Assembly: GCA_018398765.1 (NCBI GenBank)
Contig: JAHBMJ010000428.1
Location: forward strand, 1 to 48,731
Length of the DNA: 48,731 bases
From: Chromera velia
Taxonomy: Eukaryota
Reading direction: 5' to 3'
The translations under genes were made by a program, and so were the position numbers. Positions 1 to 27,900 of this stretch are shown piece by piece; position 1 is the first letter of the stretch, and each line of letters opens with the position of its first letter. The notes below the pieces were generated by a model, which saw only the letters and a program-made list of their open reading frames with translations, was not told the origin of the DNA and did no database searches.

Positions 1-489
1 CCCCCCCCCCCCCCCCCCGCTCTCTCTCGATCCCTCCCTCCATCGGCTGATCGGTGCTCGTTTCAAAGTGACTGACGCACGCATGGATCCATTCAGTGAG
101 GGGAAAGAAGAGAAGAGAAAGGGACGGCCATGCAGCTCATTCATTCATTCACTCAAGCAGAAAGAAGTCGATCTCAAGAGGAAGCAAGAAAATAAGTGGA
201 GCACCTGCCCGCCTGTCTGGCAGGGTGAGGAGACAGAACAGCAAAGGAAGAAAACAGGAAAGAAGAGAAAGCGTTTCGGAAGTTCGATGCGTTTTCTTTC
301 CTTCCTTCCTCCTTTGGTGCACACAGAAAGAGAAAGAAGCAACGCAAAAAGTGGTGCATGAAGCACAATCGAGGCAGCAGAAACAATTAAGTCGAAGGAG
401 CGCTCTTCTTGATTGGATGGCTCGAATGCGTGCATGCACAGTCACAGATAGATTGACGAGTGCAATCGAACATTCATTCAATCAATCAG

Positions 490-18092
<17,603 letters not shown>

Positions 18093-18771
18093 AGGCAGAC
18101 GGGGAGCATGCCAGATAGGCTAGTGATCTCTCACTCGCTTGATCGACAAAGATCGAAGCGACAGAATTAAGGGGGAAAGGCAAGAAGTTTCTCACAGAAC
18201 ACTTCAGCGCCTTTCTTTTTGGAGCACTCTGTCAAGCAGATGACAGTAGATCGAAACCTATTTGTGACGATCATCCGTCGATCATGCACGTCAGAACTGC
18301 CTCAGAAGATCGATGTCAGAAGCTTCGATCGTATACTCGGTGGCCGGGGCCGCGCAGGCCCGACGCCGCGGCCGCCGCCGCGCGGCCGCGCGCGGCCGGA
18401 TGAAGAAGGATGCATGAAGCTGCCGTATATATGAATATAGTGGCTGCTGATAGTGGCTGACCTGAGTCACCCTGCTTCTGTATGCTTCTGTTAGACGTAC
18501 AGGGGTTTGAGGGATCTGAACACACGATAGTGCTCTTTTCTGTGTGACAAGAAAGACAATTTCTCCTGAGTTCCTTTGCCTCCAACATTTCAGAGAGGGG
18601 TGCTGAGCTCGGGTAGACATTCCAGCTTGATCAGACAGATTCCACAAGAGCTGACCGAAACTCGGGCACGCGAACCTAGAGAGCCCTGCCTTGTGTTTTT
18701 TCTTGTTGTCCATTTCCTCCAGTATCGCTAAGGGTGACAGAGCCACGGCAGTTAAGGAACAGACAGACAGG
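18093..18771. promoter_or_regulatory. candidate bidirectional promoter/5' UTRs between divergent PKG and GNAT genes
   Basis: 679 bp separate the two ATGs; a central nearly pure G/C tract at ~18342-18399 (ggccggggccgcgcaggcccgacgccgcggccgccgccgcgcggccgcgcgcggccgg). Promoter function is inferred from position only. Confidence 0.55.
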
Positions 18772-19482
18772 ATGAGTTCTGCCGAAAAGGAAAAGAAACG
18801 AGACGACAAAACTTCTCCAGACCCGGGGAAAGACAAACAGACCGAATGGTACTCACGGCCGGAACCGCCGCAGAGATCCCACTCGACCTATGTCATCGAT
18901 CGGCTCCCCTCAGGTGCGTGCACGTGATTGCTGCCTTTTTCTTTCAATCTCAAAATTATCTGGTCTATGTATCATGGACGCTCCCCATCCGGCCCTCAGC
19001 CCGTCTGAGCAGTGTGCAGCGTTAGCTTCCCCCGCCCCCTTCGAGTTGCCGGAGCGCTTAGCAGGCTGACGCGCAGAGTTTTCTTCCAGTGTGCGAAGGG
19101 AAAAGGAAGCAAAGGGAGTCGGCACTTGTAGTGTCTGCCTCTCTTTCCATACATGTCAACCCTCGAGCAGGCATGTGGTTTCCTTTCGTTCCTCTTGCCG
19201 TGTAGGCAGCTGACCTTTTCACGGAATCCCTGAGTGCCCGATCGGATGTTGCATCTGTATGCTGTCGCGTGACGGTTGCCGGTCCTCTCTGTGTGTGTGT
19301 GAGAGAGAGAGAGGGAGATGCTCCTACAAATGGAAACAGTGGGCGCTTGTTTAGTCCTCTTCCATGTCTAGTGGAAGGAAGCATAGGTGAAAGAAGAGCG
19401 AACTGCGAATAAGATTGGTTGACAGGTCTTCAGCTTTGCATTTGCTTGTTCCCTCTCTCCCCTCTCTCCCCCCCTCTCTCTC

Positions 19483-19519
<37 letters not shown>

Positions 19520-21426
19520 TCGCAGGTCTTGTGATCCGCACTTTTGAGGAAGGCGACAAGGAAGAAGTGAAGCGTCTGGTTCACCGCCACGTCCGGTCGC
19601 AGGTCCTTCCTGCAGCCAAATTTTGGGTTTTTCGGAATTTCTCTCACTTGTGCGTTTTGACGGTGATTCTGTTTCTCTTTCTGGAATTTTGGCGCCTTGT
19701 CTGTGTGTTGGTGATCTTTCACGTTTACCTTCTTTTGAGGTCTTGGTGGGAGTTTGAGTCCTACATTCGTGAAAGCAGCGACGAGCTGAATGACATACAC
19801 GCACAGTATCTTTCACAACCGAGAAAGCATTTTTGGATTGCGGAATTGAACCCATCGAAAGAGAAAGGGGCGGGGAAAAGGGGGGATAGGGAAAGGAAGG
19901 GGCCAGTGAGCAGAAGGGAAAAGAAGCCCGAGGAGACGGCAGGTGCCTCCCCACCTCCTCCCCCTCCTCGCGGCACAATCGTCGGGTGTGTCGGGGTAGC
20001 GCCAATGCGTGAAGACCCGGAACGCCTCTGTCAGGTGGGTGGGTAGACGCAATCGATCTTTCACTCCCTCACTCACTCACGCTCCTAGCTCACTCTGCAC
20101 AGAGATCGAGGGTTTCCTTTCCCTTTCACCCACCCTCCCGATCTCTTCCTTTCCTTTGCTTTCACCTCCCTTCTCTTCTCGTCTCTCCTCTTTTCTTCAC
20201 CTTTGCATCAACCCATCCGTTTATCCAGTTGTGTGACTCACCTCTTCGGATTGAGACGCCCTCCTAGTTCGGTCAGCCTAGTCTGTGTCTCCGTCCCTGA
20301 TCTCATGTATGCAGACTGCATGGTGTCTTTCCTCTGTGACGGACTGAGTAAAGGTCCATGTGGGGGGGAAGGTTGTGATGGCTCAATTGACGCACGCAAG
20401 GACGCATCAAAAGATGTAAAGGTGCCTTCAGGAAAGTTATGATGGCTCAAGTGTCTAGTTTTTGAGAAACCGTGCGTACCATTTATTTTTTCCTTTACTT
20501 GTTTTCATCACAAAACTGCCTCCCTGCCTCCCTGCAGGTGTACCGTCTTGTGGTGGCCCCCCACATTCGGCGTCTCCACGTGGGTTCTTATCTTTTGGAC
20601 ACGGTGCACGGGTGGGCAGAGAAGCACGGGTTCTCGGAATCGAGAATGATAGCCAACAACCTGCTGCCGTACATCCACTTCTTCTACAGGAAAAACGGTA
20701 CGCAGATGCAGAAAGACAGACAGACAGACAGACAGATAGAATACAAGCAGGCGTCTGTCTGTTCATGCATGCGTAGTTGAACTCAACGCAATCCCCATGC
20801 ATCGACCTAGCTGCCTGCCTCCTTCCACGAGCTCCCCTAACTGGCTGCCGAGCGGAGGGGGTGCCTGCCGAGGGATGGAGGGAGGGAGGAAGGGAGGGAG
20901 GGCAAAGGACGAATCGATCGATCGATCTAGGGTTCCTTCCAAGAGCTGTCTGTTTGGTTGGTTGGAATGGCGCAGCTAGATTCACTGGCTGTCAGTCTAG
21001 CTGTAGTCTTCTTAATTCAACCAGAAGAGAGGAGAGGAGACGAAGCGAGAAGGTGGTTCGTTCGAAGCCCAACCGCTTGCGCAGGAAGGAAGGAAGGAAG
21101 GAAAACGGTTGTGCCGTCCTCAAACAGTCTTGATCGCATTGCATTGCATTTTGTGCCCCCCGTGCATGCGATGAGGTGCAGGATATGAGGTCCTGTACAC
21201 GGCACAGCGCGCGCTGATGCGTGGTGACTTGATTGCGTACAGAAAGGTGTTGAAGGAGGAGCCGGTGGTGGAGGGAGATGGGGGGGGGCAGGGAGGGGAG
21301 GGGGTAGGGAGTGCAGCTGGTGAGGACTCACAAAGGCGGGGAAGGCTGGGCACTGCGCAGTCTCCCGTGATGACTCAGAAAGAAGAAGTCGCAAAGGGTC
21401 CCCTGTTGGCAGAGGGGCAGATTTGA
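18772..21426 (+). CDS. GNAT-family N-acetyltransferase with internal hydrophobic segment (NAT8/camello-like), 4 exons, ~351 aa
   Basis: Exons 18772-18913, 19526-20034, 20538-20697, 21182-21426 join in frame (1056 nt). GNAT hallmarks: LVIRTFEEGDKEEV, hydrophobic stretch HLCVLTVILFLFLEFWRLVCVLVIFHVYLLL, HFWIAE..IVGCVGV, VYRLVVAPHIRRLHVGSYLL (acetyl-CoA motif A), FFYRKNGY (motif B). The first exon is the least certain. Confidence 0.85.
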
Positions 21427-23589
21427 TTTGATGGGACTGGATGGGATGGGCTTCTTTGGTTCTTTGTTTTGGTGAGATGGATCAATCAACCTGTGTGTTT
21501 GTTGCCTGGTTTGTGGCATTGCGGTAGAGAGAGAAGGGAACAACAGAAAGGGGTGTATGGGTGGGCATGACTTCGAATGAGGGAGGTCCGGGTGAGTTTA
21601 AGGGGAACTGATGTAACACACACAGGTAAGTGTTCGATTGCAGGGGTTCTTCAGGAGGGGTTAAAAGAAAGAGGGGGGGCGTTTGGTTGGTGTCCCCTTC
21701 CTTTCCTCTCTCTGTCCCTCACTTCTTGTTTTGTATGAGGGAAGGAGAGACATGCAGGCAAGGTGAGGTGGTAAAAAATGAATAAAAAAGAGAACAGGAG
21801 CAAGAGCAGGCAGCATCTATTTCCTTCCGTCTTCTTTGATAAAGAGAAGGAAGACATTGGAATGATCCGAAACGAACGAAATGGGCAGACGGGCGTACGC
21901 GTACATGCCATACAGAAAGGAAACGTAACAGAGAACAAGGGGGGGGGGGAGCGAGAGGGTGAAATCGAAGGCAGGCAGGCATAGAGGCAGGCTCTTTCCG
22001 CTGGATCGATTAAATGCACGTGTGTGTATATACGTGCATTCATTCATTCCTTTTGAAGTGGCTGAAGAAGGAAGGCCAGGGGCGAAAGCGAAGAAAATCA
22101 AGTCAGTCCAGCCGGCTGTCCTGAAGAGGGGACACGTAGAACAAGAGTTCTTTCTTCCTTTCGGTCATGAAAGAAACCTTCTTTGCAGTGACAGAGAAGA
22201 AAGACACTCACTCATTCATGCCTCACCTTAACCTACCACTCAACCAAGCAAGCGACGAAGCAACCAACGAAGCAACCAGTACACTCACTGGATGGATGCA
22301 TCGATGCGCTCTCCTCCTCTACTGGTGTGGATGTCATGTCATGTGATCCATCTCGCTTGTGTTCCTTGCTCGCTTGTCAGTTTTGAAGAAAGAACGCTCG
22401 GTTTTGAGCGTAGAGAGAGAGAGAAAAGGTACGCAGGCACGCGAGAATTAAAGGAAGCAGATGCTGTTTGCATGATCCACAGAGAGAGAGAGAGGCACTG
22501 ATCGATGGATGGATGGATGGGTGTGTGGGCAGGTGGGTGGATGAGTGCAAGAATATAGATGGATCGACGCACGCCTCCCTCCCTCCCTGCTCACATGTAC
22601 CACTCATACATTTGTGGGCGGATGCATGCGCTTTTGATCTTTCGGTGTGTTTACCTTGGGCAGGGAAGGAGCGAGGGTTGACGTACGGACCAGCGAGGGT
22701 GAGTGACTTGGGGGTGTTGTGAGGGTCCAATAATGGATTGATTCGATGAATCCCTTTTTTTCCTTCCTTCATTGATGAAGTCCTTTCTCTTCTTTTCTTT
22801 TCTTTTCGTGGCCAGTACCACGAATTGACAGGAATGTCGTGAAAGCTTTTGGGGGGAAAGAGGGAGGGGGTGCGCAGGGAGGGTTCCTTCCCAGATTCGT
22901 CTCTCTCATCGTCTGCAGGTCTGTCGGTCCATCCATGCGTGCGTCAGGGTGCATACATGCACGCGGGTGTTTCTGTCTTTCTTCGCCCTACTCGATTTCA
23001 ATGAACGAGGCGCTGAACTCTCCCCCCCGCTGTCTCTTGCTTGCATGAAGTCTCTTTCTCCCTCTCTTTCTCTCTCGGTGTCGTGATTGATCCGACGATG
23101 TTTGTGAACACCGACGGGAGGGTCGGATGGACGCACAGCTAGAAGCAGTCAGTCAGACAAGGGAGTGACTGACTGATGAATTCGGTCCGAGCTAGAGAAC
23201 GTTTGCACGTCCATGCACTCACTCACTTTGCCTGTCGGTGTCTCTCTGTCTGCTTGTCTATCTGTCTCTTTCCTCCTTCGTCTCTGCGTGCGCGAGTGTG
23301 CGTGCATTTGTCGATTGATGGATGGATGCCGGTTTTTGTATAACTTGACGGACACGCATGCAGGCAGGCAGACAATTAACGGAAGGAGTTCCTTCTTCTT
23401 CCCTCTAGCTGGCTTCAGATCAATCGATCAATTTTGCCTGCATGGATGCATGTGCAGGAAAGCAGGACGTGTTTCTAGCTGCATGACTGACTGCTGGATC
23501 CAATTGTCGATGCACATTGTTTGGAAGGGGCCCTGCATGCCGGCCCTCACTGGTAGCCTGCTTAATTGTGCGTAAGTGTTTCAGCCATG

Positions 23590-23591
<2 letters not shown>

Positions 23592-23642
<51 letters not shown>

Positions 23643-23666
23643 TGAGTGTGAGTGTGAGTGTGAGTG

Positions 23667-23702
<36 letters not shown>

Positions 23703-23780
23703 TGTGTGTGTGTGCGTGTGTGTGTGTGTGTGTGTGTGGGTTTATGTATGTGTGTGTGAGTGTGTGAGTATGTATGTGTG
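23592..23780. repeat. compound (TC)n(TG)n microsatellite at the retroelement 3' boundary
   Basis: Directly visible dinucleotide and hexanucleotide tracts. Confidence 0.9.
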
Positions 23781-24649
23781 AGGAAATCCCAATACAACTT
23801 GAACTAGCAACTTTTGAATGCAAAATCATTTTTTGAAAACACGCGCCTGGAAGCAGCTAGGCTAGGAAGCAGGCTGGAACTACTAGTATAGGACTAGAAG
23901 CATGAAAATAATTGTAATTTGCTATTAAAACTAGTATTAAAATTTGATCAGACTCGGATTATCAGACTAAACGCCAGACTGGAAGTTGAATGGGAGGGCA
24001 TTGACTTAAAGTTTGTTCCTAGTATCTGGCCTATGCGTCTTTCGTCTCTTCCTTCTGTCCTGGTTACTGCTCTCGCTGCTAGCTCTCTCTCTCATGCGAC
24101 CCCATACTTGACGTTCCTCCATCCGAATGCCTTCTTCGGCATTTGGCATTTGCTAAGTACTTCCTATCCCTCAGTCATAACCAGCGCACTGCCTACTCCT
24201 CCTTCCTCCTAGCCCTCCCCCTGCACTCCTCTGGTCCCCTGAATGCACGCGCTTGCCGCTTTCAGGTGGGCAATCTGCAGTCGGGCTTAGATCCGGCCAC
24301 ACGTCTTGCTCACGTGTTGCCCCTATTTCTCACTCAATCGCTCTGCCACCCTCTTCAAGAACATCTTAGCCTCCCCCTCCATCGTCCTATCGACCGCACT
24401 CATGAGTAGGGTGAAGTCGCACCCTCTGTCCATATTTACCTGCCCATGTTTCCTCTTTTTTTCTTCTGTTGCTGCTTTGAGGGCTTGAGTCCAGGTCACC
24501 TTCTCCCTCGAGGTGGCGTGTGGGTTTATCACCCTGGTATCGAAAATTGCCAACCTCTATAGAGCATAGGCCCCCCGGACTTGGAAGTCCCCCCTTAGTG
24601 CCGGACATCCCTGCACCTCCCCTTCCTCCCTAATGATCGGCTCTTTTGC

Positions 24650-26974
24650 GTGAACCGCTCCCGCGGGGTATGCTTCTGCTGCTAGACTCGCCCATGTGTG
24701 GTTGACTTCGTCATGTCGCAGCATGGGCAGTCCCCCTACTGGGCAGTTAAGGGCGTGTTGCAGACTCCACCTTCCCCCACATCCCTCACATCTGCTCTTC
24801 TCCCCCCCTACCCTCCCCTGATATTGGATTGTCATCGTATCCCGGAATTCGTCTGGGCTGAGATTCATTCCGTATTCCTTCAGGGGGGTGGCCGTCAGCC
24901 ATCCTGACTGCCTCTTTTTTTTTGACTGCCTGACTTCCTCACACTGGTCCTCACTGGCTGCCTGCCCTGACTGGCTGCCTAACCTCTCCCACTCCTAAAG
25001 TTTCTCTACTGTTTCTTTTACTGCTTCTTTGTGGGCTGCCCTTACCTTCTGCCCCCTCTTCATATGCTCGTCTGCGTCTATGTCCTCTTCGCGAAGGATG
25101 GCCTTTGTGATCGCTTCACTGGCTACGACTGAGGTCTTATAGTCCCTATCTGCTGTTTCGGTGGGTTTAGGGATACCTAGGCCTAGCAGTCGGACCGGGA
25201 GGGCGGCAACATCTCTTAGCCACATATCGTACTAGTTGGGGGGCCCTCCATTCCGTCGTCTTTTTATTAGGGCGGGGATGAGGCGGTTTCTGATCATGCC
25301 TTCCAGCTGCCCCATCTGTTCCCCCGCCCCTGGTACTACCCGCACCACAAACTTCCATTCGTGTTGCAAGGATTTGGAACAGGCTGCGTATGCTTCGTGT
25401 GGGGCAAATTCTACTGCTGTTGCGACTCTCTCTACGTTTCTGGCCCACTCCTTCACCTTCTGCTGCACCCATTTCTCTCTGTGTGCGTCCGTGCCTACAT
25501 ACCCCCCTAGGAGATACGTCCCCTCTACTATCTGCAGGTCGGGGAACTCTGCAAAAATCTCCTTAGCTTTCTGCATAAATTGCAGGAGCACTGCAAGGAT
25601 TAACTTGTCCACCTCCACTACATACCCTGCCGCGGGCCCCCTCTTGACTAACTCGCGTAGCCATGCTCGCAGCTGGCGCAACCAGCNNNNNNNNNNNNNN
25701 NNNNNNNNNNNNNNNNNNNNNNNNNNNNNNNNNNNNNNNNNNNNNNNNNNNNNNNNNNNNNNNNNNNNNNNNNNNNNNNNNNNNNNNNNNNNNNNNNNNN
25801 NNNNNNNNNNNNNNNNNNNNNNNNNNNNNNNNNNNNNNNNNNNNNNNNNNNNNNNNNNNNNNNNNNNNNNNNNNNNNNNNNNNNNNNNNNNNNNNNNNNN
25901 NNNNNNNNNNNNNNNNNNNNNNNNNNNNNNNNNNNNNGTGAACCGCTCCCACGGGGTATGCTTCCGCTGCTAGACTCGCCCATGTGCGGTTGACTTCGTC
26001 ATGTCGCAGCGTGGGCAGTCCCCCTACTGGGTAGTTAAGGGCGTGTTGCAGACTCCACCTTCCCCCACATCCCTCACATCTGCTCTTCTCCCCCCCTACC
26101 CTCCCCTGATATTGGATTGTCATCGTATCCCGGAATTCGTCTGGGCTGAGATTCATTCCGTATTCCTTCAGGGGGGTGGCCGTCAGCCATCCTGACTGCC
26201 TCTTTTTTTTTGACTGCCTGACTTCCTCACACTGGTCCTCACTGGCTGCCTGCCCTGACTGGCTGCCTAACCTCTCCCACTCCTAAAGTTTCTCTACTGT
26301 TTCTTTTACTGCTTCTTTGTGGGCTGCCCTTACCTTCTGCCCCCTCTTCATATGCTCGTCTGCGTCTATGTCCTCTTCGCGAAGGATGGCCTTTGTGATC
26401 GCTTCACTGGCTACGACTGAGGTCTTATAGTCCCTATCTGCTGTTTCGGTGGGTTTAGGGATACCTAGGCCTAGCAGTCGGACCGGGAGGGCGGCAACAT
26501 CTCTTAGCCACATATCGTACTAGTTGGGGGGCCCTCCATTCCGTCGTCTTTTTATTAGGGCGGGGATGAGGCGGTTTCTGATCATGCCTTCCAGCTGCCC
26601 CATCTGTTCCCCCGCCCCTGGTACTACCCGCACCACAAACTTCCATTCGTGTTGCAAGGATTTGGAACAGGCTGCGTATGCTTCGTGTGGGGCAAATTCT
26701 ACTGCTGTTGCGACTCTCTCTACGTTTCTGGCCCACTCCTTCACCTTCTGCTGCACCCATTTCTCTCTGTGTGCGTCCGTGCCTACATACCCCCCTAGGA
26801 GATACGTCCCCTCTACTATCTGCAGGTCGGGGAACTCTGCAAAAATCTCCTTAGCTTTCTGCATAAATTGCAGGAGCACTGCAAGGATTAACTTGTCCAC
26901 CTCCACTACATACCCTGCCGCGGGCCCCCTCTTGACTAACTCGCGTAGCCATGCTCGCAGCTGGCGCAACCAGC
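24650..26974. repeat. 1037-bp direct duplication (24650-25686 and 25938-26974) flanking a 251-N gap
   Basis: Offset 1288 bp; the ORF track shows identical translations in both copies; only 5 substitutions seen, all in the first ~95 bp. Confidence 0.95.
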
Positions 26975-27489
26975 CAGTATTGGACGCGTCATCCGCATAG
27001 TAGAGCTGGTGCCAGTATCTCTAAGGGGGATTGCGCTCCTGCTGCTGTTGCTTTTTCTTCTCCGTTCCGGCTGCCACCCCTGCACTCCATCTGTCTGCTA
27101 TAAAAAACCAGTCGCTTCCGTTTTAGGCCGACGCGAAGGCGGCTAAAGAGGACGATGCTGTGCGATGCGAATCGCCAAGGGGTAGGGCTGGTAGGCGAGC
27201 TGAGGGGGGGAACGAGTGGAGGGAGGAGGGGGAAAAGGAGGAGTAGGAGGAGGAGGCGACGGAAGAGGCATGGAGGGAGGAGGAGGAGGAGGAGGAGTAG
27301 GAGGAGGAGGAGAAGGGGGAGGGGGAAGAGGGGGGGGGAGAGGAGCGGGAGGATGAAATGGGGGAGGAAGCTGAAGATGATGAAAGGGCGGCTGCCTGTC
27401 TACCTATCTTGTGTATCGAGTTGTCCTCTCTTTCTGTCTGGTTAGGCATATGAGTGGTTGTGGCGGTGGGTGTATGCTCTTCGGCTTCC

Positions 27490-27900
27490 TGTCTTCTATC
27501 TCTCGCCCCTGTCTGTTTCTCCCTGTCCGGCTGGCTACTTTCGCTTGCCTCTAGCTGATTCTCTCTGTCTGTCTGTCTGCTCCCAGTCACTCCTCACTGA
27601 TTCTCTCTGTCCGGCTGGCTGCTTTCACTCGTTCCTGGCTATGTCTCTCTGTCTGCCTGTCTACTCTCACTCACCCCTGACTGATTCTCTCTGTCCGGCT
27701 GGCTGCTCTCACTCATTCCTGACTGTGTTTTGCTGTCTGCCTGTCTGCTCTCACTCGCCCCTATCTGACTCTCTCTGTCCGGCTGGCTGCTCTCGCTCAT
27801 TTCTGACTGTGTCTCTCTATCTGCATGTCTACTCTCACTCATCCTTGTCTGTTTTTCTCCGGCTGTTTGGCTGCTCCCGCTTGCTTCCGACTGTTTTTCA
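27490..27900 (-). repeat. 42-bp (14-aa) tandem repeat, ~9-10 copies, inside the retroelement ORF
   Basis: Alternating units SESRQADRETQSGM / SESSQPDRENQSGV in the minus-strand translation. Confidence 0.88.
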
